Of a stretch of 64,000 nt of DNA, positions 1 to 11,791 are shown piece after piece. The stretch covers positions 124,001 to 188,000 of the forward strand of contig NIVC01000859.1 of assembly GCA_002269645.1 (NCBI GenBank), in the 5' to 3' direction. The translations under genes were made by a program, and so were the position numbers. The notes beneath the pieces were generated by a model. The model saw only the letters and a list, made by a program, of their open reading frames with translations, was not told where the DNA came from and made no database searches. Source of the stretch: Macrostomum lignano. Its lineage: Eukaryota. How positions within the stretch are numbered: the first letter of the stretch is position 1; each line of letters begins with the position of its first letter.

Positions 1-27
1 GAAGACAGCCGCCACGGAGTCCACACC
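1..27 (-). CDS. TBCK: TBCK third coding exon, truncated by the window edge
   Basis: Acceptor CCTTAG| at 30-28, then GVDSVAAVF. This continues YYQ|G as in the TBC motif YWQGLDSLCAPF. Confidence 0.88.
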
Positions 28-87
28 CTAAGGCATGAGTTATCAGGTGCGATCGTTTGCTTAAAATGGGATTTGCTGATTTTAATG

Positions 88-695
88 GGGATCTGGAAGG
101 CTGGCCCAGCAACTGAGGATCTGGGAGGCTGGCCCAGCAACTGAGGATCTGGGAGGCTGGTGGCCCAGCAACTGAGGATCTGGGAGGCTGGCCCAGCAAC
201 TGAGGATCTGGGAGGCTGGTGGCCCAGCAACTGAGGATCTGGGAGGCTGGCCCAGCAACTGAGGATCTGGGAGGCTGGTGGCCCAGCAACTGAGGATCTG
301 GGAGGCTGGCCCAGCAACTGAGGATCTGGGAGGCTGGCTCAGCAACTGAGGATCTTGGAGGCTGGTGGCCCAGCAAATGAGGATCTGGGAGGCTGATGGC
401 CCAGCAACTGAGGATCTTGGAGGCTGGTGGCCCAGCAAATGAGGATCTGGGAGGCTGATGGCCCAGCAACTGAGGATCTGGGAGGCTGATGGCCCAGCAA
501 CTGAGGATCTGGGAGGCTGGCCCAGCAACTGAGGATCTGGGAGGCTGATGGCCCAGCAACTGAGGATCTGGGAGGCTGATGGCCCAGCAACTGAGGATCT
601 GGGAGGCTGGCCCAGAAAATCAGGATCTGGGAGGCTGGAACAGCAACTCAGGATCTGGGAGGCGGGCCCAGAAACTGAGGATCTGAGAGGCTGAC
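88..695. repeat. 28-32 bp minisatellite (GGCCCAGCAACTGAGGATCTGGGAGGCT +/- GGT/GAT) filling a TBCK intron
   Basis: About 20 tandem units visible. Same family as 57960-59890, in reverse complement. Confidence 0.95.
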
Positions 696-713
696 CCAGA
701 AACAGCAAAATAC

Positions 714-2378
714 CTGATAATATGCGCACGAAGGCCTCCGCAGCACCCAGGCCTTGATCAGCTTGCGCAGTTTGGCGTGCCCGTGCGGCGAGGCCATCAG
801 CGGGTTGTACTGGTGACACCTGGGAATGTCGCTAGCCAGCTGCTTATCGCTAATCCGTCGACTCTCCCTAGGCGTGACGGTGTCCAGAGCGCCGTATCGA
901 GACCGGACATCGCCGGACACGCCCAGCAGGTGAGCCCAGGTCAGAGCTCGGTACAGAGGAGGGATGTCCTTGGCGGACTCAGCCAGGAGCAGCGGTCTGG
1001 CATAGGGGCAGCACAGCAGCAGCTGGTGGAACAGAACGCACCGCTCGATCTGGTAGGCCACGTCGCGCTCTTTCACAGCTTTCGGCTGCGAGGACGTGTC
1101 CGCGTAGGCCCCGTGCCGGCCGGGAGCTGACGAGGTGGCAGCGGTGGCGGCAGCGGATGTAGCGCTGACAGACTCCGGCTGCCGAGGCACAGGGAAGAAC
1201 ACCAGAGGATTCAGCTTTCGTACCCGATCGCGAAGCTCTCGATCGTTCAATGCCACGACGAACTCGTGCAGCAGGTGCGGCTTCGGCTGCTCCAGGTAGA
1301 GGATGAGGCCGGCGCTGCCGCCTAGGTAGCAGGGCAGCTGGGTGATGGGGCGGTGGCGCTGGACCAGGCCGGCCTGACGAATCGGCTGCACAGGATCGCC
1401 TCCGGCCAGCGTCCACCAGTGGTAGAACTCTTCAACAGAGCGGAGGCTGGCCAGCTCCCCGCGCGTGATCAGCCGCTTCTCCGACGGGCCAACATCAACA
1501 TCATCGTCAGCATCCAGCTGCTTTCCGAGAGCTGCTGCATCCCCGTTCGAGACAGACGATTTCTCCGGACGAAACTGTCCGAATCTTCGTCGGCAACGAA
1601 TATCAACTCGAGGCTGAAAGCCGCCGAGCTCTGAGGAACTTCGCGATCGGAGCTGCTCCAGCTTAGCGGCCAGGGGGGCTTCGAACTTGGCCGAGACCAG
1701 GTCGGACACGAACGGTCTGTGACTCGGCCAGCCAGACAGACAAGACCGAATCATGTCAAGAGTGCCGCCCAGGCCAATGCCCAGCTCCCGGTCAACAGCC
1801 GCCCAGTCGAAAGATTTAAAAGCGTGGGTAAAGTCGCTATCCACTGCCAGCAGGGAGTCTAACAAGCAGTCGCCAGTACATCCGCATCGGATCAGCATAG
1901 CAACCGTTGCTAAGGCCTCATCAGAGTCTGGCAACGCAGCCGGCAAAGGCGGCACTCCAACCAGCAGGTGCAGAGCCAGCAGTCCCAAGCCGAAGCTGTC
2001 CATTCTGGAGTCCACATTTGAGCAGTCCAGCCGGGGACACTCGGGATTCGGTTTCTGACGAGTTGACTTCGAGTTCTGCGTCGATTTGGCCTCGTCAGCG
2101 GTGGCGAAGGTGGCGAAGGCGACAGCGGAATCAAGCAGAACCTCGGGCGCAGCGCAGTCCAGACGGTGGACAGGAAAGTCGACCTCCTCGCCGCAGCCAG
2201 TCAAATAGTACATCGCGTAATTAAACAGTTTGGCTCGGTAGGCATTCTCAGAAATCGTATCGGACGCTTCTTCCAAATCCGTGAGCATTTCTAAGAAAAT
2301 GCAGGACGCCGAGATGCGAGCGCAGACAATGGAGCGACTGTGGAGATAAGCAACACTGTCCGCCACCTCGCAGAGGAT
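714..2378 (-). CDS. TBCK: TBCK second coding exon (pseudokinase domain and start of TBC/RabGAP domain), 1665 nt
   Basis: Acceptor TTCAG|ATC at 2380-2379, in frame with ORF 648..2366. Motifs VDFP..APEV, RSVEEFYHWWTLAGGD, ERDVAYQIER, DIPPLYRALTWAHLLGV, DIPRCHQYNPLMASPHGHAKLRKLIKAWV. Donor CAG|GTA at 713-712. Confidence 0.95.
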
Positions 2379-2712
2379 CTGAAGTTAAATAGGGGAGTTT
2401 TTAAGGGAACTCGGCTAACTCGTTTTGAGGACTTCTTGAGGATTTTTCAGTTAAGGAATTTTCAAAATGTCTCTGATTTTGGTCATTTGGGAAAGTTTTG
2501 AGTTTTGGATGTTTTTTAGATTTATGATTTTATGGGCTTTTTTTCAAATTATTGATCTGTGGGATTTTGGTGGATTTTGAGGACTTCTGAGTCTTGGGAG
2601 TTTTTAGTTTATTTGTGATTTCGGGGACTACTAGTAATTTCAGGAGCTACTAACTACTGATTTGATTCAATAGCATTCTGATTGACCCTTCATATCAGCA
2701 AGACAAACAAAC

Positions 2713-2982
2713 CTGAACTCTTTGAGCCAAAGTCAGTTCCACTAAACAGTCAAGCAGCGGCCTCTTAGTGAGCTCGGACACCACAATCAACTGCTCATCC
2801 TTGCACCTGACAATATCCAGGTAGCGGCAGAGTCCCGAATGCTGCAGGCCATCTTTGATGGCGTGAAATCGGCCAACAATTTTCACCGAGTTCGGCGTCA
2901 AAGGCAGGCCGTCGCTGCCGCACTCGTCACCCTGATGAGATCGGGAGTAGAAAGTGAAGGCGCCCAACCGGTGCGTTCGCAT
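2713..2982 (-). CDS. TBCK: TBC1-domain-containing kinase-like protein, first coding exon
   Basis: ATG at 2982-2980. Peptide LGAFTFYS...CGSDGLPLTPNSVKIVGRF...LCRYLDIVRCKDEQLIVVSE matches the TBCK N-terminus as I recall it (MGAFTFFAS...CGSNGLPLTPNSIKILGRF). Ends at phase-0 donor CAG|GTTTGT (GT at 2712-2711). Confidence 0.93.
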
Positions 2983-4233
2983 TATTTGCAGCCCTGAGCC
3001 TGCAGATCATTTGTTAACCAAATTCAAGCAGGTTTCCAAGAGGTTTCGATGGTAAAGCATTGCATTTATAATACATAAATTACATAATTTTTTATAATTC
3101 AATGAGCATTTCAACTAAAACTTAGGAAAAAGAAATTCTTACATTTCATTTTAAACTTTAATGATCTGTGTATAACTTTTCAGTTACTGAATTGTTTCCT
3201 TCACTTTTGCAATAGAACAAAATTGAAAAAAATGTTTGTAAATCAACTGACTACATGCATTGGTATTAAATTAAAAATCAAAAGGTTTTGTATTGTTACA
3301 AATATAGGTAATATTTTGTGTGTAGGAATATTTTAAGCTTTTGAAAGTTTTTCTAAACTTATGTTTATATTAACAATTTGAAATTCTAATTTGGCTCTAA
3401 ATAATGTACAAATAATCTTCAATTTATATTTTAAATACTCTAGGTATGAATTTTTAATGCTAGTTTTATTTGATCAGATTATGATTTTAATTGGCACACA
3501 TTAATTTTAAGTCTTTAGACTTTAAATGCCTACTTCACAAACAGTCATATATGCTTGCATACATATTTTTGTAGACCATTATATATTACTTTTTATCAGT
3601 TTTTGCTTTATACCACTGAATGCCAAAATTTTCTGCCTTGTTGAAGTATGCTAGAATTTTATACCATATTAGTAAATGAAGTTAAGGTATTCATATCTTA
3701 GAAAACTACTGTTCTAAGTCTAAAAAAATACTATTATAATGAAATTTTTGTGATTTAGATATTTACACATCAACTTTTTAACATTACAAAACTCAAACTA
3801 TTATTGACATAATCTTACTTGCCTTTTAAAGTAAAAATCTCTTGGTTGGTTGGTTAGGAATATATGTACATGCACAACTGTTGGCTGACCTAGCCAATCC
3901 AGGTGGACCATAATTTAAAACACCATTGTGGTAGTGTTTTTATATCTGATATAACAGCAATTAGCAAGACATTAAGTCTTTTATAGCAATTAAACAAAAT
4001 ATGGAACATACATGCATCCACCCATATACTAAAAATGAAAATTATACACTCTTCATTGCACATTTGATAAAATATTAAATGTTGCTTGAGTGGAGTCTTA
4101 TTTAAATTTTACTGATTTTACTAATATTATTATAAAATTAAACAGATATCACCCTCAGTTTCATCTTATATTAAAATCACCTTCATATAAATACAATATC
4201 CCTATTTAAATGATTATACAATAGAAGTGAATA

Positions 4234-6391
4234 TGAGGGATATTCAAAAACTTTCCAGACAATATGAAACAACTTGTTTAAGTCTGCACACAATGTATTT
4301 AACTAAAATATGTATGTCTCAAGCTTACTTATCAAATATAAAGGCTCCACTTTCAACCCTGCCACTTAGAATTTTATTTTAGTCCCCCCCCCCATTATCA
4401 AACCTATCTGCAATGGAACTATTGTGCACTTATTGAAAATGGATGATTTACTGATTTACAACTACAAAAGTGGTTTGATATATAGTCAAAGAGCTTGGAA
4501 TGGTTTTACCAGGCCTTTGGCAACACTGCACCTTCTAGAACAAATGTTTTTGACTGGTTTGCCAAATTTTGTAAGGTTTGGCTGTGGCTTGAAGATGAAG
4601 CTTAAGAGGGACAACCTCTAAGCTTGACAACTGATAAAAACATTGCTGCAGTGCAAGCACTGATTGAAAAAGATCCACAAATGACAGTTTAGCAATTAGC
4701 CACAGCTATTAGCATTTCATTGGGAAGCATTCTGCAGGCTTAGGCTTAGGCTAAGCAGGGTATCCACCTGTTAGGTACACCACCACCTAACCTAGGAGCA
4801 AAAGCAGGCCCAGGTCAGTTGGTGCCAAGACATGCTAAACAGATTTAACAGTGGGAGATCAATGAGCACCTGGAAGATTGTCACTGGTGATGATACCTAG
4901 GTATACAATTTTGACCCCAAAAGCAAGTAGCAGTCAACTCAATGGACCCTAGTTGGCAGCCCATTGCCTTTAAAGTTGGTGTGGTCCCAAAGCATTGCCA
5001 AGCAGATAGTTGCTGCTTTTGTGGCTCATAGTGGTCCTGTGACCTTGATCTCACTGGTGACATAGTGACTGCCAGATAATATGTTAGTATGTTACTAAAT
5101 GCTATAGTCTATCAATGAAAGGCATCCAAGGACTTGAACTTGCAGTCTGTTGCTCCACTAGGACAATGCCCTAGCCTACATTACATAACAAACAATCAAG
5201 TTTATAGAGCAGAACTGCATCTAGCTGCTTCAACATCTACCCTACAGTCTAGACCTGGCCCTATGCAATATCTTTGTATTCCCTTAGGTCAAGTGCCTGC
5301 TCAAAAGAGTTTGGTTTGAGTTGCTGGAATTGGCTGTCAAGGCCTTTAATAGTTACCTGTATAATATATTTTAGTCCAAATGGAGTGGCTGCTTTTCTAC
5401 TTGGTTTGAGAGGATGAGGAAGTGCATTGAAGCTGCTGGGAAGCCATAGTCAGGAAGGTGGCAAGTGCACGCGGGAATCAATTTATGGAAAAATCCTTGG
5501 TGCACGCCAATGTACGCCAATTTTTTAAAACCCTTAACATGACGTTTCTGTTGCATGCCAAAAATCTTGAATACCAAAAATCATGTACGCCGAAAATTGT
5601 GTATACCAAAATCCTGTATGCCAAAAGTGGTTACACCGTCTGTTTACCCTACAGTAAATTGTAAAAAAATTGGTAAAATGACTTAACCAATTCTTATTCT
5701 ATGTATTCTACTTATTCTACGTAGACAATGTATTTGCATTCTTGATTTGAATATTAACCGTATTAGATACTATTTTTAAATAAATTTTCTACTTACGTTA
5801 AACAAAATTTATATAAAAAAGGAAATTCGCTACAAAGAACATAGTGAGTATAAAAAACTTTTTTTTCACATTTCAAGAAACAAATAAACTAAAAGTCTAC
5901 AAGAGTCACAAAATAAGAGCGTTTAAAAGTTATTGGATATTTTAATTTTAATGTAGGCTGTAGAGTGTAGGCCTGGCTGTAGGCTAGGCTGTAGCCTCAA
6001 CTAGTTGGTTTAATCAATATTCAAATTCAATTGTTCACTTTTAACTTTATATATTGTATATATATAGTGTATACATCTATATCTGACTTGTTGATATACT
6101 GTCAGTTTATAATTGCATGCCAAGGTAACACGCCAAGTAAAAAACTTGTACGCTGAAAATTTAGGCGTGGCTTGAGACCCCTATTTGCACGCCAACTTTG
6201 CACGCCAAAATTTTAGCGTGGCTTGTGCACGCGGGAATTTTCCTGAAGGAAGCAGGCCACCTTCCTGAGTATGGCTGGGGAGTACTTTGAAAAGACCTAA
6301 TAATATTAATTTTTATTAGCCATTTTTTATTCTAAAAACTAAAGATATACTAGATATTTTTTATCTTTAGAAACTCATTAAATACCCCTCA
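4234..6391 (+). mobile_element. Full-length decayed mariner (Tc1/mariner) element interrupted by a MITE
   Basis: TA-flanked imperfect TIRs (TGAGGGATATTCAAAAACTTTC at 4234; reverse complement of GAAACTCATTAAATACCCCTCA ending 6391). Relic peptides from ATG 4413: AFGNTAPSRTNVFDWFAKF, IVTGDDT*VYNFDP, LH*DNA, HLPYSLDLALCNIFVFP, WFERMRKCIEAA, then GEYFEKT* at 6277-6300. About 1.32 kb net of the insert. Confidence 0.92.
5442..6276. mobile_element. 835-bp non-autonomous DNA transposon (MITE) nested in the mariner ORF
   Basis: 21-bp TIR AGCCATA(G/C)TCAGGAAGGTGGC with 1 mismatch (5442-5462 / 6256-6276). Subterminal TG(C/T)ACGCC repeats. Flanks GGGA / GGGG (imperfect 3-4 bp TSD). Confidence 0.88.
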
Positions 6392-6593
6392 TATATCTAG
6401 ATATTCTAGGCTTTGTTTGTAGCCACTTGTATTGCATAGTACTATATAGCTATACTCCATTTATATTTGATGACAATCAATCATTTTGAAGGTGAATATG
6501 TCTAATTTTTATTTCTTTTAAAACACCATTTGTATTTTGCAAATTTTATAATAAAAACAAGTTCTAAGCTATAAATAAAAATGTATATAAATA

Positions 6594-7870
6594 GGGACTT
6601 CAGTGAGTTATAAGAAGTGCGTGCCAATGGCAAAAAAGTAAGAAAAAAGTCCAATTTTTCAAGGGCGATTTTAAAGAAACTATAGAAGCCAGGATGAAAG
6701 TAAAATATGCATTTAAAAGGTAAAAAGGAGCTCTTTCAAATGACACCAACTGCAAGTCTAGCTTTGTTATACTTTTTGCACTGTCTATTTTTAAAGTTGA
6801 CCATTTTTTAGGAGGAATATAAAATTGAAGCCAAAATGAATAAAAAAACAGTGGTTCAGAAAATGCTTTTTCTTAGCTGCAATGTGTTTCTTATAATGGA
6901 AACAAAGGTTTTATAGTGTAAAGGGATAATTTAGAAACATTTTTCTGGTGTTAAAAAAAATTTTTTTTCTTTTAATGCCCATATGGCTCTATGCAAAATT
7001 TCAAATCCAAAATTTTCCATGAAATCCTTTTCCTGCATTGTTTCTCTTTATATTTTTCATTACATATTGACAATACAAGCACAGTAAAAAAAACCGCTTG
7101 CCAATAGCTATAGGCGCAAAAAATTTGTGGAGGTTTCTTTTTTTGATACGTTTACATGTAAAATACCCATTGAAACGTGTATTTCGTGTTTTTTGTGAGA
7201 CTCTGCCTTCCGGCAAACTAGTTCTCTGTGTCATTTAACTAATTCTGCTATGCTGAACACGATAGACAAAACCGTTTTTTAATAAACCCATGCGCAAAGC
7301 CTGTACAGCACATTACATTGCAGTTGGGGTGTCTGTCATGCATTAAAAATTTAGGGCAAGAAGTAGAATAGTATTATAGTAGGTAAAAACCTGAACAAAA
7401 TGACACTAGCCTTGTATAAATTAAGCAAGCAGAACAGATGCTATTGTATTTTTAAAATTGCAATCATTGCGTATCTGGTTAAAATAGTCAAAATTTCATA
7501 CACCCATCCTGTTTCAATTAGCTTAGCAACTTGGGCATATAAAATAATATTAAAATATATAATTCATACAATTAACACTAAAAAACTGAACAAAATGACA
7601 CCAAGCACAGTCATTTTGGTTGGCTAGAAAATTAATTACAAGTGTTCAAAGACAAAAAGCCAACTTTTTGGCCAAAAATGATCACAAACCGTAATGTAAA
7701 AATTCCATTGGCTAAAGGCACAAATCGGGGTTACTAAAATAGCTGTAGTTTCCTTATTACTCAACCAAATCACTAAAGTTTGGCCATTTTGGAAATGGGA
7801 AAGTAAGATCTATCTAGTGAAATAGCAGCCTATAACAATTTCTGAAATTTAATTTTCTCACTGAAGTGCC
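6594..7870. mobile_element. 1277-bp non-autonomous DNA transposon
   Basis: 14-bp TIR GG(G/C)ACTTCAGTGAG (6594-6607 / 7857-7870), TA on both sides, AT-rich non-coding interior. Confidence 0.7.
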
Positions 7871-7933
7871 TAATATAAACTATATCTATCATCTAAACAT
7901 TAAAATAGTATTTTAGTTATCCAAATAACTTTT

Positions 7934-8721
7934 GGCTCATTCCATATAAGATAGACATATTTGGAAAATAGAAAAAAGTCAATATTTTTGCTTGCCATTG
8001 CCTAATTAGCCTATTTTTTTTTACCAAATGTTTATATTGTGCAATATATACAATCTAAGAATAAAGGAATGGTAAAATGTTGGATTAGTATGTTATCAAT
8101 TGGCAAAAAGTCATTTTTGTAAAAATTTGGACATTTTTCGAAGCAAAAGACATCATTACGATTTTGTACCTTTTAAAAACAAATAGAAAGCTTTTGAAGG
8201 TTGAAACAAACTATAGATAAAAGTATAGTACTCTCATCATCAGATAAAAGCATTGGTGACCAAATAATCTATTATATTTTTAATGTATTAGTACCTCAAA
8301 GTTACTGAATTGACAGAAAAAAATATGTTACGACCATAATGTTACAACCATAAGGCTGCCTTTTCTTTTGTATCTTTGTTGCCTTTTGAGTTTATATATT
8401 CTAATAAAAGAGTATGATTTCTAAAGATGTTCTTAGTCAAATTTTAAAAATGTATTGCAAAATATCAAAAATGAAAAATGTTATAAGACTTTTACCTTTT
8501 AGTTTCTATATGTCAAAAATCCTGTCGTTACGACCATAAGTGTCATTTAAGGTTTAATAGCATCTATACTAATGATGATATCTATATGAAACTCTATAAA
8601 TATATTCTAGACAAAATAATCTTTCATTTAAAATATTGGTTTAGTATATTCTATTATTAGATTTCATTTTATAAGTAAAAATAACCTGTCATGTTACGAC
8701 CATGCTTATATGGAATGAGCC
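7934..8721. mobile_element. 788-bp MITE
   Basis: Perfect 17-bp TIR GGCTCATTCCATATAAG (7934-7950 / 8705-8721), TTTT on both sides, internal GTTAC(G/A)ACCAT repeats. Confidence 0.82.
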
Positions 8722-9329
8722 TTTTGCTTATAACCAAAAAGACTGTACTCCATTATTTAAATGGTAACTAAAACAAATACTAATTTTATCTACTATATAA
8801 CACTTATAGGCCTAGCCTAGCTATGCGTATGGACCATGGTATAATTATATTTGACTATATATAAATCTAACTTTTTAAAGTGAATAAGTTGCATTTTTTA
8901 TTTGTTTTTTTGAAACATCATTCATACATTGCATTATTAATAGTATGAGCTAATAAAAATGCAATAAAGTGCCAACTTTGTAATCATTTTCTAAAGTAAA
9001 CACCTTAATAAGCAAAGTCCTGCCAAAAAACTGGAAGACCATATAGGCCTCTGGTCAAGAAATGATGTTTATATTGACAACTCAAACTTTTAAGACTCAA
9101 ACATTGCATGGTAAAATGGAATAACCAAGGACAACTAAAGCAACGCATCTACTTTAGTTGTTCTTGGAAATTAACATTGTATTATTAAAATTGTGGTCTC
9201 AGCTTTTTGAACATTGTTATTGTTGTAGATCTAAGATATTAGGACAGATATAATGGTTTAAGCACATTAGACCATGATCCTAAGACAATAAAAAATTATT
9301 TCCCTCCTGTTATACCAATATACCTCACC

Positions 9330-9526
9330 CAGTGGCGTAGCCAGGATTTCCTTCTAGGGGGGGGGGGGGGGGGGGTCACAGACACAGTCAGTCAGGCTCA
9401 CAGCGTCAGCAGCAACACAGCAACAGGGGCCCGGGGGCAGGGGGTGCTAGGCCTCTGGGGAGGGGGCCTGGATCAGCCGGCGGGAGGGGGGTCATGACCA
9501 TGACTCCCCCCTTGGCTACGCCCCTG
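9330..9526. mobile_element. Short hAT-type MITE with poly-G tract
   Basis: Ends CAGTGGCGTAGCCA ... TGGCTACGCCCCTG. CCTCACC occurs on both flanks as an imperfect TSD. Confidence 0.75.
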
Positions 9527-9984
9527 GTCCTCACCTGAACTCAACTGAACTGCAGTGTGTCAGTGTCACTATGTACGAATGTTACGAATACGAATACGAT
9601 TAAACAGGGTTTCTTAGAAAAAATTTTTTTGAATTTTAGAATTAAGATATAAGAATCGATATTTTATAATAATTTTCTAGTTTACCTTATATATGAAACA
9701 ATCATGTAAAAAATACTTTCAATTACCTAAAACAAAAATATACGAATTTTTAAAAAACATTCTTGTTTGTTTTGTTTAAATACGTTCAAACCCTCAGGTT
9801 TAGATTTATCGAGTTTTCTGTGTGCGGAAAGTACACTAATTAACAAGGCCATCCGCGCTGATCAAATCCGCGACTTTGATGGCACTGACTTGAAGGCTTT
9901 GACTGAGCGCCTCACAACCTTAGAGAAAACAACAAAGTAAGCCGCGATCAACAGGTGGTTTCCAAGGAGCTATATACAGTGTCC

Positions 9985-10256
9985 TTGCTCTGAGGCTGGC
10001 CTTCAGTGTGCGATGAACTCGCTCGATCATGCCGTTGGCATTAGGATTATATGCGGCCGTGCGGATGTGACGGACGCCGAGAAGATTCACCAGGTTAATT
10101 TGCCCATTAGTTCCGAGCGAAATTGAGCTCCTTGGTCTGCATGTGATGAGTGTTAACGGTGGGCCAAATCGACAAACCCAGTGGGCAACGAAGGCTTGTG
10201 CAACAACCGTACTGGTGATCGATTGCAATGGGATTGCTTCGACCCAGCGGGAGTAC
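9985..10256 (-). pseudogene. Ty3/Gypsy integrase core (rve) fragment
   Basis: YSRWVEAIPLQSITSTVVAQAFVAHWVCRFGPPLTLIT...LLGVRHIRTAAYNPNANGMIERVHRTLKASL is a typical integrase core. It is frameshifted near the second catalytic Asp, and no other pol domains are adjacent. Confidence 0.88.
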
Positions 10257-10371
10257 TCAAAAGAAAGTACGGTTGTATAATTTCTTATATACTTTTATTA
10301 ATCGCAAGGACAGTGGGAAACAAGGCGCAACAAACTAATCAATAATTTTGCTTCATGGGGACAAAACATAG

Positions 10372-10490
10372 CTAAAATGAGTGCCTGTGGCGCTAAAATG
10401 AGTGCCTGCAGCGCTAAAATGAGTGCCTGCGGCGCCAAAATGAGTGCCTGCGGCGCCAAAATGAGTGCCTGCGGCGCCAAAATGAGTGCC
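10372..10490. repeat. 21-bp minisatellite AAAATGAGTGCCTGCGGCGCC, about 6 units
   Basis: Visible tandem units. Confidence 0.9.
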
Positions 10491-10839
10491 GACAACACCG
10501 ATTCTGGAAAGAATGTACATATGTAGGGATTTAGTCGTGTACATGTAACATGTACAGAATTCTTGGCTTTGTCCCCCCACCATAAAATCCATGGCGACGC
10601 CTCTGCATACGAGTAAACCGTGTATCGCATTATGGTTTTTATGTAACTTCTCTAGTGATGAAATTGTTCTTAAATACACTCCTCACTATGTTATATGATA
10701 TGATTGAAAAGCTAAACTCAACAAGCTCGTATGTAAGCAAAGCAGGTAGTTTATAAAATAGACAGCAGCGTTGTTCATTGTTGAAAAATAAAATAAGTAA
10801 AAATGTAAGAAGCGATCAGTTGCATATGAGCCTGTTTTG

Positions 10840-11150
10840 TTATTTTATAGTTAATATGTCTTTAACTTCCCAGAAGTGAGGATCGTCCTCAGACATGCGC
10901 GAGAGTTCGTACGCTTGGCCACGCGGAGCCTGTACATTCCTTTTTCTGCTTTTCGCCAAAGGTTCACCATGGCTTTGCAAGTTTTCATAACGCTTGCGAA
11001 AAGCGTCGGCCGTCCGCTTGGCCAGTGGCTTCCTCGCTGGTTAATGAAGCGCTCTCGGTCTCCACTCGAATTCACGACGGGTTTAGTGCATAGCGCCACC
11101 AATCGAAACAAGAGATCATCGAGCTCGCTGGTCCACTTGGTGTAGTCCAT
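10840..11150 (-). pseudogene. Possible frameshifted Myb/SANT-like coding relic
   Basis: MDYTKWTSELDDLLFRLV in one frame and KRTADAFRKRYENLQ in another resemble helix 1 and helix 3 of a Myb/SANT domain. No family assignment is possible by eye. Confidence 0.3.
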
Positions 11151-11791
11151 TTTATACGATTACTTGTTTTGTTGCTGCAATATAATTATGGCATTTCACA
11201 GTCAGTTTAAAACCTTAAGAAGTCGGGAAGGTCGTTTTCGACCACTTACACCTTCGCAGCGCAGTCGGTTCAAAATATCTATGGCCAGCGCACAAATTCT
11301 GTACCCACTCGACCAAAAATAGAAGTAAAATAGCCTAAAGCCTGCTCCGGAAAATTTGCAGTTTTCCCATATAAGTTTTGACGCTGACTTGGCAGAATTG
11401 TAGGAGTTCACTTGCTACATACAGACAGACAGACAGACAAACATCGCGTCGGTTTTAGTATTAGGAGAAGCAAACAAACTTTGCAAAGATGGCCTCAGAC
11501 TGCCATAGACTGATTTCATCCGAAGCCAGTGCTATTACGAGGTACTCCAGCATGGGCAGCAGGAAGTTGCGAAACTGCTTGTGACGAATTTAATCTGGCA
11601 GTCCTTAGCAGAACAAGACCAAACAGAGAACAGAAAAATGCAAGTAGTAGAAAAGTCCAATTTTCAAATGAAGTGATATAGTTTGCTTGCTTAGTTGGCC
11701 AAGTTTTTATTTTATTTGAGTAGCGACGAAAACTACTCGACGTACGACGAGTAGCGACGAAACAGTTAATATACAAAAATAGAGAATACAT

